Source: Heteronotia binoei
Lineage: Eukaryota
Length of the DNA stretch: 64,000 nt
NCBI RefSeq assembly: GCF_032191835.1
Contig: NC_083223.1
Coordinates: forward strand, 83,018,001-83,082,000
Reading direction: 5' to 3'
Below are positions 37,880 to 56,275 of this stretch, piece after piece. The notes under the pieces are model-generated. The model did no database searches and had not been told where the DNA came from. It saw only the letters and a list, made by a program, of their open reading frames with translations. The position numbers and the translations under genes were made by a program. The number at the start of each line of letters is the position of its first letter. Position 1 is the first letter of the stretch.

Positions 37880-38028
37880 AAAAGGTAGCCCCCCCTGTGC
37901 AAGCATCAGTTGTTTCCAACTCTGGGGTGATGTTGCATCATGTTTTCATGGCAGACTCTTTTATGGGGTGGTTTGCCATTGCCTTCCCCAGTCATCTACA
38001 CTTTCCCCCCAGCAAGCTGGGTACTCAT
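37880..38028 (-). mobile_element. Sauria-type SINE 3' part
   Basis: Same tail as 16238-16351. Confidence 0.8.
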
Positions 38029-40529
38029 CCTAAAATGTGTGTTGAACTGCAGGCCAATTCCCTATCAAAGTCGTGTATAAACAGAAAGGGTGGACAAAGG
38101 GACAAATTGTGGACAAAGTGTATAAACAGAATGCATTTACTCAGAAAACAGCATGTTTTGTATGAATCTTGGAACTTCACCTTTCCGGAAGTGGGGGGGG
38201 GGGGGGGGACTTTCACAGTTCACAATCGGTTTATTTCCACCTGTGAGGAGAATACACTACTGAAATTACATGTTTGTGTTTTCTACTTTATGCTTGCTCT
38301 TTTGGTTATAATTTTTCTTGTTAATCCTGTACTTTTGAAAACCATCCAAATCCGTATTAGTATTTCTCCGATATATTTTATCCTTTTAAAAATTTATATA
38401 CCTCCTTTTCAAATATGCTTAAGCAATGAACAACTTAACCAGTATACCACTGTAAAATTGTAAACAATATGTTACACATTGTCTTTTAATCTTCTAGACT
38501 TGAGTGTCCAATGTAGTTCATTTTTATTAGTGATGGGTAACCAAGAAACAGCTGAATCAGTACTAGCAACCACACTGCACAACCAACATGGGCTGATCCT
38601 GGACATTGTGTCAAGGTAGCTTAGCTTAACTATTCTGGGAACTTCAACATTTATCTAAGAGGTTAGCACTTCCTGCCTTCCATGACAGTAACAGGACTAT
38701 CCTCAACAACAGCTGACCAACAGCAATTGCAGAACACACTGAACAATGTTTTTATATCAAGTCTAGAAACAGTTGCTTCAGTTAAGAATATTTGAAGGGG
38801 AGATGCCATCCCTGCCTATACCTCCATCAGCCTAGACTATCAGATCAATTTATTTTCAAAGCCACAAAAAAGGCAGGTTCTAAAGCTCAGGGGTTTCCCT
38901 GATGCTTTTAATGTCCAGTGTGAAAAGTTGCTATATGGAAGCTGTTACATTTAGTCAGCCATTTTGTGCGTACCATTCACTACCACCTGCCGCTTCCTGC
39001 CAAACATTCTTGGCAGTGTGGAGATAAATCAACACGGGGGCTAATCTGCAGGGCAAATTGGTACACACAAATCAGCTCACCATTAGAAGCCGCTGTCACA
39101 AACATTTCCAACAGTTTCCATGTGGTACAGCCATTTCCATGAGAAGCTTCTTTCCTTTCTTGTTTCTAACTCCCTTGTCTTCTACCTTCCATTTAGGACA
39201 GTGTAAATAGAATTTCTTTGTTCCTAACTATATTCCTGCCTTTGTTTCAAGCAATACTTTTCGTTTCTAGTGGGTCTTTAAAGTGAAAGTGTATGTAATT
39301 AAGGCAGATTTGTTCAAAATGCACTGGTTGTTGATGAGTACAGAAAGGTTTGAGCGCCCTCTAGAGGATTTCTTCAGTCTTTTCCAGTTTAAAAGCTTGG
39401 GTCCACGGTCTTTTGTGATGCAGCTATACTACCTCCTTGAATCGTGACAAGTTCAGAACAGGAATAGCTGCTTTTAAAGTTGCATTTATTCTAAAAAAAT
39501 AGAAAACCCCAAAAACTTAACATTTTTTCTGAGGCCAAATTGCAAGTAGTGAGTTTAAGAGATGCACAGACCAGGGCACCAAGTTCCTTCTCATCAGGAA
39601 AAAGGAAGGATCCAAAGACTGATGAGGCTAAAGCCCTGGAACCTAAAGAGGCAGTACCCAAGGTGCCTCCAGAAGCCCCCTTCAATCTGCAGGAAAATCA
39701 TCCAGTGAAAAATATGGTTAGGAACCTTCCTTTTACGGCTATCAGATATCACTTTCAGATATCATCCTTCTCCAAGTGGAAAATATAGCAACACAAGCAG
39801 GAATCCATAAGAACTCGTGGAGACGTCTCATTTTCTCTTCCCCTATTCCTTCTTTCCCTTTCCGAAAAGCCCTATAGCCTTTCCCCCTTTTTCCTGCTTC
39901 CTTTTAGAGTTGCCAGCTCCAGATTGGGAAATTCTTGGAGATTTGGACTAGGAGCCTTGGAAGGCAAGGTTTGGTGACAGATGCAACCTCAGCAGAGTAC
40001 AATGACATGGAGTCCAAAGCAGCCATTTTCTCCAGAGGTACTGATCTCTGCCATCTGGAGAGCAGTTGAAATTCCTGGTGATCTATGGAATTAACTGTTG
40101 TAGATCAGGGTAGGCATTGTGAGTGGAGAGGGGGTGTCACACCTAGTGCTCATGGGGGAAATGGATGCTTTGGAGGGTAGAGTCTACCACATTATATCCT
40201 TCTGACGTCCCTCCCCTCCTCAAAACCCAGCCTCCTGAGCCTCCACCCATCAAATCTCCAGGTATTTTCTAATCTGGAGTTGATAGCACTATCCCCAGCC
40301 AACAGCCAATCTACCTTTGTCTCCCCCTCTGTCTTAAGCTCTCCTTCTCCACCTCCAGCAACCTCTACCTAGGAAAACTGTGGCCCAGTTTTGTGGTGCT
40401 GACCACTGGGCCAGGCCCACTTGCAAGGTAGGGAACCCTCAGGGACAACATTGGCTTTCATAGGGTGACTGCTATTGAACAGCAGCCCAAGTCAGGTGGT
40501 GTCATGTCACCTAGAGGCTGCTGCTAGGC

Positions 40530-40986
40530 CTAGGTTTCCTAGAATTGCCAGGTCTGACTCATGAAACATGAGAACTTTGGGGGTGGAGCCAAGAGACTTT
40601 GGGGTTGGAGCCAGGAGCAAGGTTGTGAAAAGCACGATCAAAGCTCCAAAGAGAGTTCTGATCATCATGCTTAAAGGGACCATGTGCCTTTTAGATGTCT
40701 TCTTTTGGATTCACAGAACTGAACCCCCTTGCCTAATCTTTTTGAAATATGGGGAGTTTAGTATCATCTGTGAATTTTATAAGTAACTGCTTCTGTTCTG
40801 GACCGTGCATGTGCGCTTTTAAATCTCAACAAGACTAAAGCTGCAGGGAGTGAGCAGGAAGAGCCGTGTGTGTGTGTGAGAGAGAGAGAGTTGGTTTTGC
40901 GTTCCTTTCAGAAGCTGTTTGTGTACTAAGAAGAAAAGTAAAGCATTAACTAGAATCTGCGTATGGGATAGATGAAACATCCCCTA
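40530..40986. mobile_element. hAT-like MITE
   Basis: taggtttcc...catccccta termini; internal (tg)n(ag)n tract. Confidence 0.6.
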
Positions 40987-42346
40987 GACCTCTCTCTAAA
41001 GTTGGTTGAAATACAGCAAATTGTTACATTCAGCAACTCAGGTGAGTAAAGCTGTCTATACCATTGCCCCAGGAGATCACAAAAGTGTGGGCATGCAAAC
41101 TGTTTATTTTGGCTACTTTGTGTGTGAGTTCAATTTAATTTTAGTGGAAGTGCAGCTGCTGTGGAACCATTTCAATGCAACAAAAAAAGAAGGAAATGAA
41201 GACTGTATTCAGGGGGACTGCATTGGTGTATTTTTATTTGTTTTTAGGGGCTGAGGAAGTCTTCCAGCTCCACCCCTCAGATATTTCCTAAATTGAACTT
41301 GTCAACCCTAAAGCTAGAACACTTGGAATGATTTTGCTGGTAATCTCATGCATCTCAATAATCATTTATTGGACCAAGTACAGGGATAGTAAAGTACGGT
41401 GCATAGACCCACTCCAGCCTCTTCCCTAGTTTTCCCCATGCCCATCACCTCTTTCTGAACCAAACAACAGAGAGCAGTGCCTAACAGTTGTAATTTCCAT
41501 TTTACACCAGGAGCATCTACAACAGTGATATTCAGTGGTTCTCTTCTGAGCATTGTTCTCCACTCTGGCACGGTCCTGTGTTTCAAGTGGGACTTCTGGT
41601 AAGCATGTGGTTTCCACCCTGAAACAGCCACAGCTGGAGGAATGGGTAGGCTGCAAGCCTCTTTAATGTATAAACCTCATGCCAACAATGAAAGGAAATG
41701 AGGCTCTTTTGGTTATTGCGAACATGGCTCTCTGCACATTGCAGAATGAGTACCACCAATCTACGAGGTTAAAAATATTGGTCACCTTTCAATTAATCAT
41801 GGGGTGGGGAGACATGTTTTGCTTTGTATTTATAGGCATCCCTCTCATCAAGAAAGGGAGTCACAGAAACCTCTTACATACATTTCACTTTTTCCAAGGG
41901 TGGGACATCTGCCCATTTGAAACAAGCAGCACACAACTTTTCTAGCTCACCAGTAACACAGTCTTGGTGTGTATAATAAGCATAACAGCCCTTAAACTGG
42001 GTTCTTGCATTACATCACCAGTAAAGGAGCCACAGAATATTCTTCCTTCTTGTTCTAATAGGTAATATGATCAAGAGGCCATGTGGAAGAGGAAACCTAC
42101 TATAACTCCCCTTTCCCATTAATATCAATCTTCATAAAATAGGGTTAATGGTATCAGTAAAGAGCTGCAGTACCCGGGTTCTCTCTCATGGTGCCAACAG
42201 TACATGTTGCAGCAGCGCTGTTGTAGCTCCTTTGCTGTTGAATTTGGAGTCATTTTAGACATTTATTATTTTTATACATTAAGGGCATTTACAGAAATGC
42301 TTTCCTACATGTGGTTTTAATTACGGTTTAATTACAGAGATAGCAG

Positions 42347-42528
42347 CAGGGCTTTTTTTGTAGCAGGAATTCATATGCATATTAGGCCACACACTCCTGA
42401 TGTAGCCAATCCTCCAAGAGCTTGCAGGGCTCTTAGTAGATGGCCTACTGTAAGCTCCAGGAGAATTGGCTACATCAGGGGTGTGTGGCCTAATACTCAA
42501 AAGAGTTCCTGCTACAAAAGAAGCAGTG
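42347..42528. mobile_element. Palindromic MITE
   Basis: tagcaggaattc...attaggccacacactcctgatgtagccaat mirrored by attggctacatcaggggtgtgtggcctaat...gagttcctgcta. Confidence 0.85.
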
Positions 42529-43300
42529 TAACAGGCTGAGGATAGCAGTATAACAGGCTTGTTCTTCATGGGATCAAGGTGGGCTTAATGTTGTACATTT
42601 TTTAAAAAAATGCTGGAATTTCTATGGGGTGCTGGCTCCCAAGTAAAGAAGTCATAAGAACAGACCGTCTTGCTGATGCTGCCATCAATTGCCAGGCTGC
42701 AAACTCACAAGTAGGAGACCTTTTCTTTAGAGAGGATAAACTTTAGCTTGAGTAATCTTTGTCAGCTTATACATCAATGAATATTCTGTCCATCTCCTCC
42801 TTCTAATAGAGAAGGTGGTAGACAGGACAGAGAAAAAATTTTAAAAAGTAATGAGATGGGATTTAGAAGGAAATGGGGAAGTAATAGATTTCTGATTTTA
42901 AAGTGGTATAGAACTCCTTAAATCAGAAAGGGAAAGAGAGGAGAGTATGTTCACTGAGAAAAGGGTTAAAACGTATGGAAATACTTCCACCCCTCTACTG
43001 GCAGATAGCCTCTGAGGATATTATATGCCAACAAAGAAGTGGGAACAGACTATAATTAACAGAAAAAGAGAACAGAACAATTTATCCCATGGGGAAAGAG
43101 ACAACAAACGATGTCGAAACAATCAACCATGTCACAGAAAGCCACAGGGAACACTCACTATGATGTAAAATAATGACTTGTGTGACTTTGCCGTGCCATC
43201 CTTTGTTTTCCATATACAAGAAATAATAATGGTCTACCAATTCATCTTGTTGCAAAAGGGAATCCAGATTCTTTTTAAAAAGGTGAAAGTAGGACTATGT

Positions 43301-43306
43301 TTTATT
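43301..43306 (-). terminator. SRSF12: Candidate polyadenylation signal of SRSF12
   Basis: AATAAA on the minus strand at the end of a 1.8-kb AU-rich, transposon-free stretch after the stop codon. Confidence 0.5.
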
Positions 43307-43947
43307 GAAAATAGTTTCAGTTATGAAATAACAGTAGTACCACTCCCAACATAAAACTGTGTAACTGCTCATGAAGTGAAATGTAATTTTACTGCCACTA
43401 CAATGCAGTGTTTATGCCATGTAACATATATCACAGCTATCATACATTTAACACACAAATTATAATTTCCAAAACATTACTATACAATAAAAATATAATA
43501 CACTGTAAAATGCAAAAAACAAAACAAGAATATCCTTTGTTACTAGCATTAAACAAACTAATAAAGATTTTATACTCAGATAGGCGACTGTTCGATAGTT
43601 TCAGGGAGTCAGTTAAAAATGCCTCAAGGAAGTATCTTCTACCTTGGTCTCCTAATACAATATTTTGAAAAATACAGAATATAATAAAATTAATATTTTT
43701 TCACTACAAAGTTAACTGCTGAAGATATACTTTTACAAAAACATTCAACCACACATGAAAATCATATATTTTAACTCATTAAGTATATAAAAAAAGTTAC
43801 ATATAATGCCTCTTTTTCATGTCCAATGCATTCAAGACCTGTTTTTTCCATAATGATTTGAGAATAATTCAATTTGTAAGAGGCTGCTGCACAGAACCAA
43901 AATTTGTTTCACCCCACCTCATTTCTGGTCCTATGTTCAACCCAGAA

Positions 43948-43950
<3 letters not shown>

Positions 43951-44010
<60 letters not shown>

Positions 44011-44016
44011 ATATAT
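43951..44016. repeat. (TA)n microsatellite, 66 bp
   Basis: Direct reading; one interruption. Confidence 0.98.
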
Positions 44017-45111
44017 GTTTTCCATTCACTTACACTGTGGTCCTAAGCTGAGTTACACCTTTCTGACTCCACAGAATTCAGTGCCTCTTTCCTTAACTAT
44101 TAATTTGATGGGGAAATGAACCAAAAAAATGGAGGCTGTAAGAGAATTTAATTACTTCTGCTAGTTTTTCTATTATAAAATAAACAAAGTATGACAAACA
44201 GATAGATGCAAAATACCCCTATCCTATATTATGCAAGAATTTCCCAGCACTACTACATATTTATGTAATCTGAAACAATTATAAACCAGCTCGCATTCAG
44301 AAACAGCACTGTAAATTCAACAGCTATTAGGGCTGAATTACATCAGTCAACTGAAGGAAAAAAAAGACCATGATTATCTGAAGCACATACAATAATGTCT
44401 GCCTTAACCTGGTGTTCTCACAATCCCAACAAAATAGGCACCAAATAATGCCAAAAAACCTCCTAGTAATATGCTATCAAGAAAACACTGTCCTCATCCA
44501 ATCTAGGTCTGTATTAGCAAAAGGCTGTATTCATATCTTAACTGTAGTTCTAGCAGCACAGGCTTGCTTGTACTGTGATATTTTTTTAAAAGTACTGTAA
44601 AAAAAGTACTGTGTGATGCAAGCAAATCATAACTAGACATCTTTGCCCTATCTATGACTAAACACAAGGGGGAAGCCCCTTGGTACAACCTCCAGCCACT
44701 GCTGAGTTGCACTACAATTAGGCCACGACAGCTCTAGGTAATCTTCTCCCCTCCCCCCGCCCGCACCACGCATCTTGGTGCAGCAGCAGCTGAAGCTACT
44801 TCAGTGCCAGGAATGGCTTCAGCTTGCATTGATATAAAGAGCTTCATGATAGAACCTATGCTGTAACTAAGCACAGAAGTGAGCTCTAAGTAAAATAAAG
44901 ATAATCTAGACCAGACAAATGTTCTAGAGAATAACAGAAATTAAAGGCTTAAACAGTATAGCACATTGACGCAAGGACCAAAAGGAAAATAAAAGTAAGA
45001 CATTTTCTTAAAACAAACACACAATTACATTACAGTTCTGATAAGCTTTGGACAATTTTTGTTCTACCTTTTTTTTGTGCTCATTGTAACTGTGTTAAAG
45101 AAACAGCAAGA

Positions 45112-45513
<402 letters not shown>

Positions 45514-46062
45514 TTATGTTGAGAGCATAATAACCTCAACTCTTTATATCATTTTCTTGTTTGTTTGTTTTTTAAATTGAATAGCAGTGCCAAATACCTA
45601 AAGTTTCAAATAACTTTTGAACTCAGAAGAACTTAACAGGTAATTTAAGAGCTCTACAAAAGAGGATCTTAGTCCAGGTATTTATTTTGGAAGGACATGC
45701 CACAGGCAATTTGCCTAGTTGGTTTTTGAACAAAGCTTTATGTACACTAGAATAATGAGCAATGTAATGTTACCCTTGCAGTGTTATATTCTCCAACAAA
45801 GTCAGCTTCATCTCCACAAAGCTTTATTTTTCCAGGCCATGCAACTGGGAGAATGCTGCCAAAAAAGATAAATCTTACCCAAACTAAGATTTTGAAGATA
45901 CTCCAACCTATATATGTTGTAGAAATAGCCTTGATTTTCCTTCTGCTGCTATCACAAATGCACAGATTATTTGTGATCATTACTCAAAGCAACACCTACA
46001 TATTCAATAATAAGTTAAATCAACTAGAACATAATATAATTAAATAAGTATTCTCAGACTTA

Positions 46063-46212
<150 letters not shown>

Positions 46213-46379
46213 TCAAAACAGAACTAGAAGATTGCACAAGAAAGGCACCCTCCTTCACATTGATTGAACATGCAATTACAGAACTAGTTCTTTGTGATTA
46301 TTTTTCTAAATAATATCAGAGACTATGTTTTTTTAAAACAAAAGTTTTGCAGGATAAGTAAGTGATGTGCTTATATTCA

Positions 46380-49166
<2,787 letters not shown>

Positions 49167-50709
49167 CTATATTATGGCACTAGCTTTAGCACCATGCAGC
49201 CACGATTCCCAATCTTGTGTTCTATAATATTAAAGACACACAAAGTATTTTTTTTTGTGAATTATCTAAAGGACAACCATTCATAGACTAATTATTTACT
49301 CAACTAAGGAATAATGGTTCAAGAGTAACCATTCTTTGTACACTTAGTTTTCACATGAAATCTATATGTTATTGGCATTTGTTGCATTCTGGTGTTTTCT
49401 GCTGGTTTTTCCTCATAGTTTTTAGACTCAATTTGTGGGGGGGTTTCTACATATGTTGGATGTCCAACAGACAAAGAACTACTGAGCTTTCTCAAGGCTC
49501 CTGTGTCCTTCCAGGTCACTCACTCACTTCCAGTTTCTCTTGGGCCTGCTAGTTCTCTCTCTCTCTGCATTCATGAATAAATGTAAATTATCACTTCTTG
49601 GGATGGAGGTGTTAAAGTGTTTTTTCATGTTGTAAATAACTGAATACACAACTGCTTAATTTTTGATTAATATTATGATCATAAACATTTGTTAAAATAT
49701 GGGCAGTGACTTTAGATTGTCTGAAAGAATCAATCATTCCCAAGAAAACAGAAAGTGAGTAAGTCTGAAAACAAAGGGATATATGCAGAGAGAAGCAGAA
49801 CCTTTACTGAAGGGGACTTTTTTCCAAGAAAAAATATAGCAAGATCTATATCGTCTTGTGGGCCCATAGTTTCAATTCTACTAGCAACTAAACTGCAGAA
49901 AAGAAGACCTTCAGCAGTGCTAAAAGAAACATTAAATGCTGAGTCTCTTCCCTAAAACAAAAAAGAGCTATGAACTTAACTGTACCTTTTAAGATTCATT
50001 CACATGTGTTCTTCCTGACAATGGATCATTCCCATTGGGATTCTGATTTAAATACATTGTGGAAATGCATGCCAAAAATCCTACAACAGCCAGTCCCCCC
50101 ACCGCAAAAAAAAATCCTAGAATTACTGCTCTATGGAACTGTTGTTTGTACTATTATCGTAAGTCAGTTTTCTTTGGCAACTTTACTGTCACTCTGCTTC
50201 AAATATAAGGCAACTTTTGCTTTCTGATAAAAGAAAAACTTGACAACATTGGGGTTTTTAGCTTAAAACAAACATATTTAAAGATGGGATATGATCAGGC
50301 TTTGTAATTTTTTTAACAGGTAGACAGCATATAGACAGAAATCTTTCCAACATATAATACATTTAGCAAACTGATAACGGGTTCAGGAGAAACAAGGGAA
50401 ATCTTGTTCACACAATGCATGTTTCAGCTAACAACTGCCACATGATGTTGAGTTTTTAAATCAACTACACAAATCCAAAAAGGAGGACATGTACAGATTC
50501 TGTGAAAGTATAGAAAAATTATTTGAGCATAGCAGGGGCACTATTTGCATATCAGAGCTCTGATGCCTTTTGACTGTTACTGATTACCTGTGAGAATATG
50601 TCCTTCAATCATTCCAGATTATGTAATACCCAACTATTTATCTGCTTCATTCACTGAGAGTTCTTTCATTCAGGTTCAGTCTGGAGGTGTGGGGAGAGGT
50701 ATTTATAGA

Positions 50710-50780
50710 TTTCCTGCATTGTGCAGGGGATTGGACTAGATGACCATGGAGGTCCTTTCCAACTCTATGATTCTATGAAT
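50710..50780 (+). mobile_element. CR1 extreme 3' end
   Basis: cctgcattgtgcaggggattggactagatgacc...ccaactctatgattctatga. Confidence 0.85.
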
Positions 50781-52899
50781 CATGAACTAGAAGAGCTGCA
50801 GTCTTTTGCATACTGGGTAGTCATGCAATGGGGTTCTTTTGTCCCCTACAAAGAAACTAGGAAATTCCAACTAATCTTGGAACACAGAGATTGAGAATGT
50901 TTGCTAAAAAATCAGAAACACTCTAACATCACAGACCAACAGGAATGAAAACACTCCAGCTGGGACTGGGACAAGATATCTGTTCTCGAGTAAGGATACC
51001 CTGAAGCACTATATCCTCACAAAGTGGACAAACTCTATCCCACCTGTATGTAGAGGAACTGGATCACACATGTATGAGTTGAATAATACAAGAGGTGTGC
51101 ACATTAGCTAATAAACAGGAATTTCATAAATAGGAATCCCTATTTACAGTAGCAAGAGCAATTAACAGGCAACTTTTATTACTTTTAATTGGTTTCCCAC
51201 ACAGATGCTATCCAGACCAAATGGTCTTCCAATTTATTACACTATTTTGCCATTTGATCCTAACTTTGTATCAGTTTACTCTTAACCCACCAGCTATATG
51301 TATATCTGTTCACTGTACCCCATTCCTTCGTCTGAAGAAGTATCCATGCATACAAAAGCTTATATACTGAATAAAACTTTGTTGGTCTTAAAGGTGTGAC
51401 TTGACTCCTACTTTGTTCTATCTGCTCATCAGTTATTCCATATTGCTTTTTTATTATGTCAGCATGTATAATACATTTATATTCCACCTTTCTGCTTGGA
51501 ACAATAATGTGGCTAATAAACAAATTGTACCTGCCTTTGTTACAGGCCTTTGCAAGAAAGATTAATCTAGCAGAACATTAATGATAACTGCAGTATCGCT
51601 AATCTCAAGTAAGCAGTTGTGTGGGAAGTATATTAACCCCCAAACAACATTTCTGGTTGCCAACCAGCAAGAATTTGAACATTAAAATAAACATTATTTT
51701 GCTTTTATCTAACAAAAAATTAATAAATCCAACTTTTACTCCTAAACATGATAAAATAAACAGATTTTTAAAATTTTGCTTGTATCAGTCAGAAGCATCA
51801 TACTTCAGAAATAAACTGTCTGAATCAGGGTTAAAGAGCATTGCTTTCTACAGTATAACTAAATCAACCCTATTCATTAGGTGATATGGCATTTATTTAG
51901 CTACCAATTTTGTATTCCAGCTTCAGACCTAGACCTACAAGATGGTAACAACTAGTCAAATGCAAGTACAGTGTGTGAATTCAGCATTTCAAAACAGAGG
52001 AATTTAGTATTTAATGGTATCCTAACCACTAAATAGGTTCACGTAAAGTGCTTACTCTAGGCACAAGGCTCTCATTGGTTTCTGCCTGTCCAAGACAAAA
52101 CATATTCAGCATTCAGATGCAAAGGAAGACAGGACTTCTGCACTTTTAATACTTAGGCAGAAGAGTAAATTTCAACAGGCATAACTAATCTCATTACTGA
52201 ACTACACCTGTCAAACTCCTGAACGTGTGTCTCAAACCAACTTGTCAACTTTCATTCTACCACTTAATTATAAAAAAGTACAGGTGCCCAGCTTTCAGTG
52301 TAAGTGTAAGACACTTACTGTGAGATCAAAGAAACGTTATGGGAAAGGGGACAGGAGTCTACAACGTACTTTAAAGTCACAGAGAAGAGGACACATAAAA
52401 AATATGGGGAGGGGTGTGTGGCAGTCATTGCTTCAGTGGTAGAACACCAGCTCTTCTGCCACAGACCCCCCACTTTGAAGCATCTCAGGCTGCTGAGCTT
52501 GCAGAGACCTCTTGCCCACAAGAGATCTCCGACAGTCACAACAGAGCGTGCTGCCCTTCTAGATGAACCAGCAGTGATTTAAAGAATAGGATAATGAAGC
52601 TTCCAAGCCACCTAGCCGCATGGACTGGAGAAAGGCACATGGATGACATCACACTGAAATGCATACGTTCTCCCAAGAACGTAAACCGACTAAAGAATTG
52701 CCCGCGACAGTTATACGATCCATAAAGCTACACGTATACAGGCCACTCAAAGTAGGCTGCAAAAGGGCCGGGGGAAGGAGGGGGGGGGCTTATGAGTATT
52801 CCCCTATCCCCAAGCAGCTCCCAGAGGCCTCCTCTCCCTTCCCCCCAATATAGCAAGCAGCCACGACCATATGCTCCAGTAACCAAGTAAATATATGTT

Positions 52900-54903
<2,004 letters not shown>

Positions 54904-55381
54904 ACTCTACGGCCTCCCAGAATCTCCCTTCGGCGGCAGGATTCTGGATTTGCAGGTAGAATCAAGACAATGGAGCAGCGGAGTTTTGTGCAACTTGAAA
55001 GCGAGCTCATTGAAAATCCCAGATTCGACTCAAGACTGAAGGCGAATCTAAAAGTTTGTCATGAAAATAACAGGGGACCTGCTGGTCTAATTTGGCGTAC
55101 CGCTGCTCTTAAAATGTCATGTTGTAATGCTTCCAGGAAACGAAAGAACAGCAGCTGTTGGAAGGGGCTGGTGTCACATTTAATAACTCAGATGCTGATT
55201 GTGGACTCTGCAGAGGTTAACTCAGGAACTGAACTTGAACAGTCTGGTTGGGTTTTTGTAGTGTTTCTCTGGTTATATTGAGATTTCATGGCACTATGCA
55301 AACCGGGGGAGGGGGCGTTATGAGAGCTATCAAAGCTATCAGGCATTACAATGTTTTCTATTAAAAAACACAATAGAGGGC

Positions 55382-55899
55382 CAGGCCTGTAGCGGCACTG
55401 CCCCCCAACTTCAAGGTTTGGCCCTCTGACTTCCAGGGTGCCCTCCGGGGTGCAGCCTGTCCCCCCCCCCTTTTTTTTTCTTTTTTGGCCATAGCTGAGC
55501 CAGTGAAGCCAGAGCCAGGAATGCTGAGCAGGGCACTGTAGCAGCAAAAGCACCAGGGCCAGAGAGGAGGGAGGCAGAGGAGCAGCAGGTGGAGGAAGCC
55601 ATGTGGAATGGGCTGGGGGGGGGGGGTGGAGCTATTGGCTGCAAAGTGCTGGGGTGGGGGAGAGGGAGTTGGAAGGAAACCCCTGCTGCTTGCATGAAAG
55701 GTGCAGTCCCTTCTTGACTCCAAAGTTTTAGGCTTGACTGTCTTGACTTGGCCCCTTTCAGAGCCTCCAGCTGTTCCCCTACCCCGGAAAGCTTCTGAGA
55801 AGCAACAAGTCCCACAGTGGATGGGAAGGGTACCCCCCCCACACACACACACACTTATTAAAAAGCCCCCTGACTTTTAAAATCCTGGCTACAGCCCTG
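55382..55899. mobile_element. hAT MITE
   Basis: TIR caggcctgtag...ctacagccctg; TSD tagagggc / tagaggac. Confidence 0.85.
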
Positions 55900-56077
55900 T
55901 AGAGGACAAATGGCATCAAAACATCAGTGCTCAAATATTACAGGCTGTACAAAGATGTTTTGATAGCTGATACAAAATGTCCTTAGAATAGCAGCTAACA
56001 ATTTACTGTGTTTTTAAATGGCATTTGAGGCAAACATTTTATTCAGACTCACAGTAATTGTGGTGATGGTAAGTGCC

Positions 56078-56275
56078 ACCAAGTCACAGCTGACTTACGG
56101 TGACCCCATGGGATTTTCAAGGCAAAAGACATTCAGAGGTAGTTTGCCATTGTCTGCCTCTGCATCATGATGCTGGTATTCCTCGAAGATGTATTCAAAT
56201 ACTAGCCAGGGCTAACCCTGCTTAGCTTCAGAGATTGGATGAAATCAGGCTAGTTTGGGCTATCCGTCTCAGGGC
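56078..56275 (-). mobile_element. 5S rRNA-derived SINE with BovB/Sauria-type tail
   Basis: Same family as 30682-30845. Confidence 0.8.

Noticed and set aside
39271-39450. Open frame WVFKVKVYV...YYLLES after a strong acceptor
   Set aside because: Its phase does not join the 39534 segment, and the region is more simply explained by the CTCF-like motif at 39354
55188-55854. 120-160 aa minus-strand ORFs
   Set aside because: Lie within a GC-rich hAT MITE
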